In this document: positions 21,366 through 31,504 of the stretch, piece after piece
Layout of the letters: every line of letters starts with the position of its first letter
Numbering within the stretch: position 1 is the first letter of the stretch
Assembly (NCBI GenBank): GCA_963720545.1
Contig: OY970399.1
Coordinates: forward strand, 352,001-416,000
Source of the DNA: an uncultured Acidobacteriota bacterium
GTDB taxonomy: Bacteria; Acidobacteriota; Vicinamibacteria; Fen-336
Reading direction: 5' to 3'
Length of the DNA stretch: 64,000 bases
Translations under genes and position numbers: made by a program
Notes under the pieces: model-generated
What the model saw: only the letters and a program-made list of their open reading frames with translations
Databases searched by the model: none
Told to the model about the DNA's origin: nothing

Positions 21366-22402
21366 CACGCGGAGGTCTCGCGGCGCGAGCCCAGAGCCTT
21401 CAGCTCGGTCGCGATCTTGCCGTTGACGCCGCCGCGCGCGAAGTTCGCCGCGGCGCGGATGCCATTGCGCACCGCATACGCCTTCGAGCTGCCGTGGCCG
21501 ATGACCACATAGCCGTTGATGCCGACGAGCGGTGCGCCGCCGTACTCCGCGGGGTTGGTGCGCTTGCGCAGGTCGCGGAAAGCGCCTTGCGACAGCGCCG
21601 CGCCCAGCTTGCGGATCGGCGTCTTCATCAACTCGTCGCGCACCGCGCCGAGCAGCGCCGCGGCGAGCGCCTCGCAGGCCTTGAGCGCGACGTTGCCGGT
21701 GAAGCCGTCGGTGACGATCACGTCCACCTTGCCGGAGAACAGGTCGCTGCCTTCGACGTTGCCGATGAAGTTGAGGCTCGAGGCGCGCAGCACCTCGTGC
21801 ACCTCGCGGGTGAGGTTGTCGCCCTTGCCTTCCTCCTCGCCCATGCTCAGCAAGCCCACGCGCGGCTTGGCGATGCCGAAGATGCAGCGCGTGAACACCT
21901 CGCCCATCACGGCGAACTCCTCGAGGTTGCGCGCGTCGCACTCGGCGTTGGCGCCGACGTCGAGCAACACGGTCTGCACGTTGGCGGCGGCCGAGGGGAT
22001 GATCGCGGCGAGCGCCGGCCGGTCCACCTCCTCCATGCTGCCGTGCACCAGCTTGGCGATGGTCCAGCAGGCGGCGGTGTTGCCGGCGGAAAAGAACGCG
22101 TCGGCACCACCCGACTGCGCCAGCTCCATCGCGACCGAGATCGAGGACCGCTTCTTCAGCGTCTGGCGGCTGACCTTCTCGGCCATGTCCACGACTTCGG
22201 GCGCGTCGACCACTGCCAGTTCGCCCGGCTTCGCGCCGAGCCGCTTCAGTTCGGCCTCGACCGTCTGCTGCGGTCCGACGAGCGCTATCTCGACGCCGAG
22301 CTCACGGTGCGCGGCGAGCGCCCCTTCCACGGCCGCGGCCGGGGCAAGGTCTCCCCCCATGGCGTCGACGGCTACGCGGACTCCGTCCCGGGGGCTGTTC
22401 AT
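21365..22402 (-). CDS. plsX: Phosphate acyltransferase PlsX
   Basis: VAVDAMGGD, DVGAN, DGFTGNVALK, HGSS. Confidence 0.96.
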   Translation of the reverse strand: MNSPRDGVRVAVDAMGGDLAPAAAVEGALAAHRELGVEIALVGPQQTVEAELKRLGAKPGELAVVDAPEVVDMAEKVSRQTLKKRSSISVAMELAQSGGADAFFSAGNTAACWTIAKLVHGSMEEVDRPALAAIIPSAAANVQTVLLDVGANAECDARNLEEFAVMGEVFTRCIFGIAKPRVGLLSMGEEEGKGDNLTREVHEVLRASSLNFIGNVEGSDLFSGKVDVIVTDGFTGNVALKACEALAAALLGAVRDELMKTPIRKLGAALSQGAFRDLRKRTNPAEYGGAPLVGINGYVVIGHGSSKAYAVRNGIRAAANFARGGVNGKIATELKALGSRRETSA

Positions 22403-22426
22403 CGTCTGAAACGGCGGCTGAGGGGG

Positions 22427-22609
22427 CTAGACCTTCTCGACAGCGTAGACCGGGCGGCCCTTGTAGTAGCCGCAGTGCGGGCAAACGCGGTGTGGGAGCC
22501 TCGGCTCATGACAGTTGGGGCAATCGCTCTTGGCGGGAGCCGAGAGGTGGTCGTGGGCCCGGCGCTTGTCGCGGCGTGCTTTGGAGTGGCGTCGCTTGGG
22601 ATTCGGCAT
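22427..22609 (-). CDS. rpmF: 50S ribosomal protein L32 (Zn-ribbon form)
   Basis: [23 protein letters not shown]...CPHCGYY. Confidence 0.97.
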   Translation of the reverse strand: MPNPKRRHSKARRDKRRAHDHLSAPAKSDCPNCHEPRLPHRVCPHCGYYKGRPVYAVEKV

Positions 22610-22656
22610 AACCGGCGGATTTTAGCCTCCCGGCGAGCCGTTTCCAACTCCGGACC

Positions 22657-23241
22657 CTAGTCGGACCGGCGCTTGAAGAGGTCGGCCAGGCCCGCGAGGC
22701 GGGGGTCGGCGTCGGCGCGTTCGGGACAGGCGCAGGTCGTATGGTTGCGGTTGGCGCCGCAGGTGGTGCACAGGCCCTGGCAGTCTTCGCGGCACAGGCG
22801 CTTCAGGGGAATCGACAGGTGGATGTGCTCGCGCAGGGTCTCGCCAAGGTCGAGTTCGGTGCCCGCGTAGGACCCCACCACCATGTCGCGCTCCTTCAGC
22901 TCGACGTCCTGCTCGACGAGTTCGGTGCCGTCGTCGGGCAGGAAGTACAGGTCGAGGTTGGCGCCGGCCGGATGTTCGAACGCGTCGAGGCAGCGGCCGC
23001 ATTCCAGGCGCACCGTCGCCTGCAGGATGCCGACGATATGCAGCGATTCGTCCTCGCCGCGGTCCACGCGCCCGTCGAAGCGCGCGCCGGGAAGGAGTGC
23101 GAACGAGTCTTCGCCTTCGAGGTGCAGGCCTGCATCGGTCAGGACGGCATGGATCTCCGCGCCGTCCTGCGGGACCTTGCGCAGTTCGATGACGAGGTCG
23201 TTCTTCGGCTTTCCTGCTGTCTCGGTCTCGATGTCGGTCAA
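22657..23241 (-). CDS. yceD: YceD / DUF177 family protein
   Basis: ECGRCL, LCREDCQGLCTTCGAN, DPRLAGL; upstream of rpmF; TTG start after GGAG. Confidence 0.9.
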   Translation of the reverse strand: MTDIETETAGKPKNDLVIELRKVPQDGAEIHAVLTDAGLHLEGEDSFALLPGARFDGRVDRGEDESLHIVGILQATVRLECGRCLDAFEHPAGANLDLYFLPDDGTELVEQDVELKERDMVVGSYAGTELDLGETLREHIHLSIPLKRLCREDCQGLCTTCGANRNHTTCACPERADADPRLAGLADLFKRRSD

Positions 23242-23257
23242 GGTGCTCCAGTCGCGT

Positions 23258-24439
23258 TCAGGCTGTGATTTCTCCGAGGAAAGAGGTGCCGGCGTCGAGC
23301 GGCGCCACGCCGAAGTTCTCGGCCAGGGTCGCCCCCATGTCGGCGAACGTCTCGCGGTCGCCGAGTGCGGTGCCTGGGCGGACTCTCGCACCCTTCACCA
23401 GTATCGGCGTGAACTCGCGGGTGTGATCGGTCGACGAGTCGGACGGATCGCAGCCGTGGTCGCCGGTCAGCATCAGCACGTCGTCGCTGCGCAGGGCCGC
23501 GAACAGTTCTGGCAGGCGCTGGTCGAAGAGCTCCAGGTTGGCCGCATACCCGGCAACGTCGTTGCGGTGGCCGTAGAGCGTGTCGAAATCGACGAGGTTG
23601 GTGAAGATCAGGCCCTCCTCCTGCACCGCCATCGCCCGCAGCGTGTGGTCCATGCCGTGGTTGTCGGAGACGGTGTGGACGGCTTCGCTGACGCCGCGCC
23701 CGGTGAAGATGTCCTCGATCTTGCCGACGCCAAAGACCGGCAACCCGGCCGCCTTCAGGCGGTCGAGCAGCGTCTCGCCGTGCGGCGGCACCGGAAAGTC
23801 GCGGCGGTTCGGCGTGCGCTTGAAGTCGGCGGCGCTGCTGCCGACGAACGGGCGCGCGATGACACGGCAGACGCCATGCTCGAGGCAGGCGATCTCGTAG
23901 CCGATGCGGCAGATCTTGTAGAGCTCCTCGACCGGGATCACTTGCTCGTGCGCCGCCACCTGGAAGACGCTGTCACCGGAGGTGTAGAGGATCGGCGACC
24001 CGGAGCGCAGGTGCGCCTCGCCCAGCTCCTTCAGGATCTCGGTGCCGGAAGCCGCCTTGTTGCCGAGCACCCGGCGGCCGATACGCTTCTCGAACGGCTC
24101 GATCACGGAGGCCGGAAAGCCGCGCGGATACGTGCGAAACGGCACCGTGGTGATGAGGCCGGTCATCTCCCAGTGGCCGGTGGCCGTGTCCTTGCCGGCG
24201 CTTTGTTCCGCCATGCGCCCGAAGGCACCCTGAGGCGTGTCCGTGCGGGCGCCCGCGAAACTCGGCGGCAGGTTGCCAAGGCCCCACGCCTTGAGGTTGG
24301 GAATGGCGACGTCGCGCGAAGCCAGCACGTGGCCGAGGGTGTCGCTGCCCTGGTCGCCGAAGTCCATCGCGTCCGGGGCCTCGCCGACGCCAAGCCCGTC
24401 GCAGACGATGACGATGGCGCGCTTGAAAGGTGAACTCAT
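23258..24439 (-). CDS. deoB: Phosphopentomutase
   Basis: CDGLGVG, GKDTATGHWE, YTSGDSVFQ, NLVDFDTLYGHRND, TGDHGCDP, DHTRE. Confidence 0.96.
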   Translation of the reverse strand: MSSPFKRAIVIVCDGLGVGEAPDAMDFGDQGSDTLGHVLASRDVAIPNLKAWGLGNLPPSFAGARTDTPQGAFGRMAEQSAGKDTATGHWEMTGLITTVPFRTYPRGFPASVIEPFEKRIGRRVLGNKAASGTEILKELGEAHLRSGSPILYTSGDSVFQVAAHEQVIPVEELYKICRIGYEIACLEHGVCRVIARPFVGSSAADFKRTPNRRDFPVPPHGETLLDRLKAAGLPVFGVGKIEDIFTGRGVSEAVHTVSDNHGMDHTLRAMAVQEEGLIFTNLVDFDTLYGHRNDVAGYAANLELFDQRLPELFAALRSDDVLMLTGDHGCDPSDSSTDHTREFTPILVKGARVRPGTALGDRETFADMGATLAENFGVAPLDAGTSFLGEITA

Positions 24440-25377
24440 GTTTTCCGCTCCTCCAACAACCACTCCCGGATGGCGGCCAGAGCGCTTTCCCTGTTGCTGG
24501 ACCAGCTTGCGGCGACCTGATGGCGGAACCACGTCCGCTGCCTCTTGGCGTAGCGCAGAGTCCTGGTCACGATAACACGCTCGGCGTCAGCCTCCGCGAG
24601 AGTGCCGTCGAGCATCGCGAACGCCTCGGCGTACCCGATGGCGCGCAGCGGCCGCAGCTCCCGCGAGTAGCCCGAAGCGCGCAGCGTGCGCGCCTCCTCG
24701 ACCAGGCCAGCGGCCAGCATGGCGCGCGTGCGCGCTGTAATCGCCGGCGCCAGCGCCTCGCGGCCGGGGTCGAGGCCGAAGATTCCCACCCTGAACCCGG
24801 TGAGCGGCGCCGCGCCGCGGCCCTGTTCCGCGCTCAGCGGACGGCCGGTCGTGAGGAACACTTCGCATGCTCGCACGATGCGCACGCGGTCGTTCGGCTC
24901 GATGCGCGCAGCTGCCTTCGGATCGACGCCTGCCAGGAGGCGATGCAACCGGACGTTGCCGAAGCGCGCCGCGATGCGGTCGAGGCGCGCGCGCAGTTGT
25001 TCATCGCGCGAGGGGCCGTCGAACAAGCCGTCGAGGAGCGCGCGCAGGTAAAGGCCCGTGCCGCCGACGACCACCGGCAGGCGCGCGCGCTCGCTGATGT
25101 TCGCGAGCGCCGCGCGCGCCGCGCGGGCGTAGTCGGCGGCCGAATACGCGGAATCGGCCGCCGCCACGTCCAGCATGTGGTGCGGCACCGCGCTGCGCTC
25201 CGCCGCGCCAGCTTTGGCGCTGCCGATATCGAGGCCGCGGAAGACCTGCAGGCTGTCGCACGACACGATCTCGCCGCCGTGCTCCTGCGCAACGGCGACC
25301 GCGAGCGACGACTTCCCCGCTGCGGTCGGACCGACGATGACGACGAGCGGCGGCGGGCTGTGCACGCCGCCGTTCAC
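24436..25377 (-). CDS. miaA: tRNA dimethylallyltransferase
   Basis: GPTAAGKS, DSLQVFRGLDIGSAK, VGGTGLY, AKRQRTWFR. Confidence 0.96.
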   Translation of the reverse strand: MNGGVHSPPPLVVIVGPTAAGKSSLAVAVAQEHGGEIVSCDSLQVFRGLDIGSAKAGAAERSAVPHHMLDVAAADSAYSAADYARAARAALANISERARLPVVVGGTGLYLRALLDGLFDGPSRDEQLRARLDRIAARFGNVRLHRLLAGVDPKAAARIEPNDRVRIVRACEVFLTTGRPLSAEQGRGAAPLTGFRVGIFGLDPGREALAPAITARTRAMLAAGLVEEARTLRASGYSRELRPLRAIGYAEAFAMLDGTLAEADAERVIVTRTLRYAKRQRTWFRHQVAASWSSNRESALAAIREWLLEERKT

Positions 25378-25454
25378 CGCAGCAACCGGTACACCGTCCA
25401 GGCGAGGACGATCAGCAGCAGGAGCGCCGCCCCGCGCACCTGCACCGGCCTCAT
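25374..25454 (-). CDS. 26-aa single-TM small protein (MRPVQVRGAALLLLIVLAWTVYRLLR)
   Basis: Fills the nitrilase-miaA gap exactly; ATGA overlap with the nitrilase stop and GTGA overlap with the miaA start. Confidence 0.6.
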   Translation of the reverse strand: MRPVQVRGAALLLLIVLAWTVYRLLR

Positions 25455-26440
25455 CCGCGGCCGCGTCCCTTGGCGGCGTCGATGCGCTCGTTGTTGCCCG
25501 GGTACGACAGCTCGGCGGCGCCGCCGCTCGCGAAGCCGGCATCCCGGTAAACCGGATACGCTTCGGTGCGCAGGTGCGCGAGCATGTGATGCCCGCGCCG
25601 GGCCGCGCGCTCGTGGCGCAGCGCGTCGATGTCGATCGGCGCCACCACGATCCTCTCGCCCGGCCCCGGTGAGGCTTGCGCGAGGATGCGGCCGTCGTAG
25701 TCGACCGCCATGCTGCCGCCCGGCCACGAGTACGGCGGGTAATGGCGCAGGCTCGCGCCCTGGTTGGCCGCCACCACGAACGCGGTGTTCTCGAGCGCCC
25801 GGGCGCGGTTCACCACAGTCCACCAGTCCATCGGCTCGGTGGCTCCCCAGGGGTCCATGTACGCGGAGACACGGATGAGCACCTCGGCGCCGTTCGCCGC
25901 GAGCTGGCGGATCGCTTCCGGGAACAGCCAGTCGTAGCAAATGGCGCAGCCGAGGCGGCCGATCTCGGTGTCGGCCACCGGGAAGAGCGGCTCGTCGTAC
26001 CCCGGCAGCAGGTCGTGCGGGCTCGTCTGGATCTCGAACGGGATCCAGGTGTTCACCTTGCGGTACTTGTAGAGGATGCCCTGCGGGCCGATGAGGCAGG
26101 TGGTGTTGAAGACGGCGCCGGGCCAGCGGCGGTCGACCTCGAGCATCGAGCCGCCCTGCACGAAGATGCCCTCGGCCATGGCCTTCGCGGCGATGCGGTC
26201 GGTGTGCTCGTTGGGAATCTCGACGGCGAGCTTGTCGCGCAGCTCGGCCACGGTTTCGTACACGGGAGCGGAGTGGCCGAACTCGGGGAACACGACGAGG
26301 CGGACCGGCAGGAACGGCGCCGCGCCGATGAGAGCGGAGTCGATCATCGACAGCATGCGGTCGGTGTTGCGCGACATGGCCGAGCGGTCGAGAGGGTTCG
26401 GCTGGTCGGTCTGGCAGGCCGCCGCCGCATAGCGAATCAC
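25451..26440 (-). CDS. Nitrilase-superfamily carbon-nitrogen hydrolase
   Basis: E-K-C triad: VFPE, YRK, ICYD; RALEN..FVVAANQ. Confidence 0.92.
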   Translation of the reverse strand: MIRYAAAACQTDQPNPLDRSAMSRNTDRMLSMIDSALIGAAPFLPVRLVVFPEFGHSAPVYETVAELRDKLAVEIPNEHTDRIAAKAMAEGIFVQGGSMLEVDRRWPGAVFNTTCLIGPQGILYKYRKVNTWIPFEIQTSPHDLLPGYDEPLFPVADTEIGRLGCAICYDWLFPEAIRQLAANGAEVLIRVSAYMDPWGATEPMDWWTVVNRARALENTAFVVAANQGASLRHYPPYSWPGGSMAVDYDGRILAQASPGPGERIVVAPIDIDALRHERAARRGHHMLAHLRTEAYPVYRDAGFASGGAAELSYPGNNERIDAAKGRGRG

Positions 26441-29400
26441 CGCCTGGCCTCCCCTGCCGGCGCGGCGACGAACGGTTCGACCGCGCGGCGGACGACACGG
26501 GTGTTGTAGCGCTCCATCAACGCCGCTTTCTCGGGAGTCATCGGGAAGCGTTCACCGGGGCCATAGGGGTAGCGCGCCATGCCGTGGAACGGCAGCGGCG
26601 CCCACTGGTCGGGGGTGGCGGAGTTGATGTCCATCTCCTTGCTGTAGCCATCCGAGTAAAGAAGGAACGTCCGCTTCATCCCGGCGCCGAGCGGCGGGAA
26701 CGCGGACACGTCGAAGGACACGGCCAGCTCATCGCCGGGCCTGGAGAACACATAGACGTCGTCGCTGTCGCGCAGTAGCTCGCGCACGTCACCGAGGCGC
26801 GTGTAGCGGCCCGGAAAAGCCTTCCAGGGCGATTCGGCGCTCACCTTCGTGTAGTCGAAGGTGGTGCGCTGCGGCGCGCTGCGCGTGTGCTCGAGCGAGA
26901 AGCCGCGGTCCCGCAAATCGGCCGTGGCGGGGTCCACGGTGGTGACGCGCAGCGCGCGGCTGGTCGGCGGCCGCCGCCACCCGCACCTCGTCCCAGTAGA
27001 TCCGCATGTTGGTGACGATGCGGACCTGGCGGTCCTTCGCGAGCCACTTGTCCGCGAGGTCGAGCGTTAACGTCTGCGGCCGTCCCACCGGAATGCCGAC
27101 CTCGGCAATCACCGTCTGCCACGCGCCGGCGGCGTCGCGCATCTGCAGGCTGGGCGGGTGCAGCGCGAGGCCGGCCTGGCCCGCGGCGACGTTGTCGCTC
27201 GAAAAGGCGTAGTCGGTCCAGCCGGTGAGCAGCAGCAGGTCGGCCGGCCCGCCGCCGAGGTCGAGCGTCAGCGAGTGATCGGCGGCGTATCCGCGCACCC
27301 GCGACAACCCGAAGCCGGCAGGGCTGCGATCGTCGAGCTGCGCGATATCCGCAGTGACGTCGCGGCCGGCGTCGTCGAACGCCGCGCGCACCGGGCGCGG
27401 CGCCGCCGCCGCGAACAGCCGATGCGTGGGCGGCTGCGACACCATGCCTTCGTTCGGCTGCACCTCGACCGCGGCGGCGTGATCGACGGCCACGAGCCGC
27501 ACCCGGTCCACGTAGAGCAGTTCTTCCAGCTCGTTGGTGATCCGCAGCTCGTAGCGGCCGTTGCGCGGCCGCAGTTGCTCTGCGCCGAGCCGCACGTACT
27601 CCACGGGATCGGGCATGTTGAAGGCGCCGTTCGGGAAGCGGTACCCCATCTCGCCGCCACCCATGAAGTCGGTAATGAAGCCGAAGCGCTCGCCGTCCCA
27701 GGCGTAGAGATAAGGACAGGACGATGGCTTGCGGTCGAGCTCCACGATCTTCATCGCCGCCGCCTTCGGCTCCGGCGCCTCGGCCTGCATGGTCCCCGAC
27801 GGCCAGATCACCCGGACCGCGTCGGCGGCGGCGCGCTGGCCGAGCCCGAAGACGACGTCGGCGGGCCGGAGCGGCGGGAAGACCGACGACGTCTCGAGCT
27901 TCTGGTGCAGGCTGCCCGCGCGCATGTCCACCTTGGCGCCGACGCCGCTGCGGTTGCTTACGAATCCCTGCAGCTGCACGCGCAGCGAGTGGTTGCGGCT
28001 GCCGCCATCGTTGCGCAGGATGTGCGGCGACCCCTGCTTGTCCAGGGCGACGATCTCGGCGTCGCCGTCGCCGTCGAGATCGCCGGTAGCAACGTAACCC
28101 AGGGAGCCGCCGGGGACCGCCGGCGCGGTGACTGCGGCGAACCGCCCGCCGGTGTTGCGGAAGAGCTTCAATCCGTCGGCACCCGAGACCAGTAGGTCGA
28201 GGAGGCCGTCGTTGTCGTAGTCCAGGAACTGTGCTTGCGCTGGGTTACCCCGCGACGGCGGCGCCGCGACGACCTCGTACCCCCTGCCGCCGCGGCTCAT
28301 CGCCAAGCTGGAACGACCGTCGACCGTGAAGAAGAAGTCCGTGAAGCCGTCCTTGTTGACGTCGCCCGCCGCGGCAACCGCAGCCGGCACGTCGCCGAGC
28401 CCCTGCGCGGTTGCAACATCGCGGAACGTCCGGTCCCGCTGGTTTTGGAAGAGGTAGACATTGGGCGCGTCCAACATCCCCACGACAGCGTCGACGAACA
28501 CGAGGTCCATGTCGCGCCGGTTGTCGAAATCCGTCGGAATCACGGTCGTGGCCCGCGGCGGCCTGTCGCCCAACGCGGCTTTGGTTATGTCGGCGAATCG
28601 GCCCGTGCCGTCGTTCTGGAACAGGCGCACTCGTCCGTCGGGAAAGACACGGCCGGCAACCAGGTCGACGTCGCCGTCGTGATCGAAGTCGGTGAGCGCG
28701 GCGCCAATCACCGCCGACTCAAGTGCAATGCCGGACCCCTCGGTGGCATCGACGAACCCCTGCGCTTCGCGCTTGAAGAGACGCAGGCCGCGGCTCGTCA
28801 GCAGCACCAGGTCCACGTCGTTGTCGTTGTCCACGTCGGCCGCGACGCCCGCAAATGCCGGAAGCGACGCGGGCAGGCCGCTGGCAGCAGTCACGTCCAC
28901 GAACTTGCCGTGCCGGTTCTCATAGAGTCGCAGGTTGCCGCGGCCAGCCGGCTTCACCCGATCTGGCGGCCAGCCGGGATCGATCCCGTCGTTGCCGGTG
29001 ACCAGCAGGTCGAGCGCTTCGTCCTGGTTCCAGTCGAAGATGAGGGCGCTGCCGAGCTTGCCGACGGCCGGTCCGGGAGCGATCCCAAAGTCTTTCGTGG
29101 CCTCGACGAAGCGAACCGCCGGCTCTTTCGTGTCCACGAGGTCGGCTTCGTCGCCGGTCGAGAGGACCGCTTCGGCATAGCGGCCCTGTTCGGGGTAGTT
29201 CTGGCCGATCATCGTGGCGGCGCCCATCTCCTTGAGCGCCTGAAAATGGTCGAGGGCCTTCTGTCCCTCCTCCGAGCGACCCGCGCGGACCAGCGCGATG
29301 CCGAGGTTGTAGAGGGCGGTGCCGTTGTAGGGCTCGGCTTCGGTCGCCGCCTTGAACTGCGTGATCGCTTTCTCGTAGTCGCGGCTCAGCAGCGCGAGTT

Positions 29401-29851
29401 GGCCGAGGTTCACACGCGCGCCGACATCGGCGGCGTCCACGGCCAGTACCTTGTCAAAGGCGCCCGCCGCTTCGGTCGTGCGGTTCTGCGAGCGCGCCAC
29501 CAGGCCGCGCACGTACCAGGCCTGCGGCGAGTTGGGTACCGCCTGGAGCGCGGCGCTGGCGGCGGTGTCGGCGGCCTCGAAATCTGGCACGTTGAGGAGC
29601 GCTATCGCGAGGTTGACGCGCGCGAGGGTGTTCCTGGGATCGAGGGCGAGGGCGTCGCGGAACGCCTTCACCGCCGCCTCTGCCTGGTACTGCTCGAGGA
29701 GCGCAACGCCGCGATTGTTGGTGCGATAGGCGCCCTCGCGCACCGCTGCTGCGTCGGGCGAGCCCTGGCCCAGCGCCAGCGCGCAGGTCGTCACCAGGGC
29801 GGCGGCCGCAAGCGCGCGGGCGCGCGGCGCCACCGCCGTCGTCGGCTTCAC
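26437..29851 (-). CDS. Secreted TPR + FG-GAP repeat + ASPIC/UnbV protein with C-terminal extension; one frameshift near 26955
   Basis: TPRs, DxDxDGxxD repeats, SNRSGVGAKV, SSCPYLYAWDG; ORF 26437..26937 continues the protein (LRVTTVDPATADLR) in a shifted frame. Confidence 0.82.
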
Positions 29852-29860
29852 CTAGCGCAC

Positions 29861-31504
29861 CTAGCGGCTGGCCGGAAGCGGCACGGTCGCAACGGCGCCC
29901 TTGCCTTCCTCGACCGTGATGAAGCTGCCCGGCGGCACGTTCGGCACCTTGTCCACGACCCCGCTCGGCCACGCCACTTCCACAGCAGCCGCGCCGCGCG
30001 CCGCGCCCAGGCCGAAGGTGACCGGCAGCTCGCTTTGCGAGAGGTAGCTCGATCCCGTCTTCACGAGCGCCCAGCCCTTGAGCCCGTCGCGCCCGGAGAA
30101 CGACACCTTCGCGCCGATGCCGTCGCGGTTCGAGCGCTTGCCGACGAGCCGCACGCGGATGAAGGCGTTGCGGCTGCCGCCGTCGTTGCGCAGGATGCGC
30201 GGCGCGCCGTTGTTGGCGGTGACCACGAGGTCGAGGTCGCCGTCGCCGTCGAGGTCGCCGTAGGCGGCGCCGCGCGCCACCATCGGCTGACTGAAGGCGG
30301 CGCCCACCATCTGGCCCGCATCCTCGAACGCCTTGCCGCCGGTGTTGTGGAAGAGGTGCGGCGGCTGTGCGTACTGCACTTTCGGCTGCACCCGGCTGAT
30401 GTCGTCGGCGACATGGCCGTTGGCCGAGAAGATGTCGAGGCGCCCGTCGAGGTCGAAGTCGAAGAAGAAGCAGCCGAACGCGAGCGTCAGCAGCGAGGCG
30501 CGACCGACGGCCGAGGCGGGCGCCTCGTCGATGAACAGGCCGCGCCCCTCGTTGTGGTACAGCGCCAGCATCTCGTTCGAGAAGTTGCCGATGACAAGGC
30601 TCGGCCGGCCCGAGCCGTCGTAGTCGGCGGCATCGACGCCCATGCCCGCGCGCGCCACGCCCGCTTCGCTGAACGCCACCCCGGCCGCAACCGCGACATC
30701 GGTGAAGGTGCCGTTGCCGCTGTTGCGGTAGAGCTTGTTGGGCTGGGTGTCGTTCGCGAGCAGGAAGTCGAGGCGGCCGTCGCCGTCGTAGTCGAGGAGG
30801 GCGATGCCGAGCGCCTTCGACTTCGGGTTGAGGATGCCGGCCTTCTGCGTGACGTCCTCGAACGTGCCGTCGCCCTTGTTGCGCAAGAGGCGTGCGGACT
30901 GGCCCTTGTACGACTCGGGCGTGCAGTACGACTTGGTGCGGCCGTCGAGCGTGCAGAACAGGTCCTTGTCGATCGACCACTCGACGTAGTGAGCCACCAG
31001 CAGGTCGACCTTGCCGTCGTTGTCGAAGTCGAAGAAGGCAGCGCTGCTGGCGAAGCCGTCGTCCGCAACGCCCGCCGCGGTTGTCACGTCGGCAAAGCGT
31101 CCACCGCCGAGGTTGCGATAGAGGCGGCTCTCGCCGAGCCCGGTCACGTACAAGTCCACCTGGCCGTCGTTGTCGAAGTCCGAGGCAGCGACGCCCATGC
31201 CGTACATCGGCGCTTCGAGCCCCGAGCCGGCGGTCGCGTCCTTGAAAACGCCCTTGCCGTCGTTGAGGTAGAGCGCGGCGCGCGGTTTCGCGCCTGGCTG
31301 GCCCGGCCAGCGGTTCGAGTTGACGAAGAAGAGGTCCTGGTCGGAGTCGCCGTCGGCGTCGAACACCGCGACCCCCGAGCCCATCGTTTCCGGCAGGTAC
31401 TTCTTGCCGTAAGCGCCGCTCACGTGGCGGAACTTCACGCCGGCGGGTGCGGTGACGTCGGCGAAGGTGACGGCAAGCGCGGCGGCGGCCAACAGGCTGA
31501 TCAC
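29861..31504 (-). CDS. CRTAC1-family FG-GAP/ASPIC-UnbV protein
   Basis: PETMGSG, repeated D[FY]DNDG, MGVDAADYD, SNRDGIGA, SYLSQS..FGLG, WPSG. Confidence 0.9.
   Translation of the reverse strand: MISLLAAAALAVTFADVTAPAGVKFRHVSGAYGKKYLPETMGSGVAVFDADGDSDQDLFFVNSNRWPGQPGAKPRAALYLNDGKGVFKDATAGSGLEAPMYGMGVAASDFDNDGQVDLYVTGLGESRLYRNLGGGRFADVTTAAGVADDGFASSAAFFDFDNDGKVDLLVAHYVEWSIDKDLFCTLDGRTKSYCTPESYKGQSARLLRNKGDGTFEDVTQKAGILNPKSKALGIALLDYDGDGRLDFLLANDTQPNKLYRNSGNGTFTDVAVAAGVAFSEAGVARAGMGVDAADYDGSGRPSLVIGNFSNEMLALYHNEGRGLFIDEAPASAVGRASLLTLAFGCFFFDFDLDGRLDIFSANGHVADDISRVQPKVQYAQPPHLFHNTGGKAFEDAGQMVGAAFSQPMVARGAAYGDLDGDGDLDLVVTANNGAPRILRNDGGSRNAFIRVRLVGKRSNRDGIGAKVSFSGRDGLKGWALVKTGSSYLSQSELPVTFGLGAARGAAAVEVAWPSGVVDKVPNVPPGSFITVEEGKGAVATVPLPASR

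Noticed and set aside
26930..26970. Programmed frameshift in the TPR-FG-GAP gene
   Set aside because: No slippery heptamer seen; similar indels elsewhere in the region point to sequence error.
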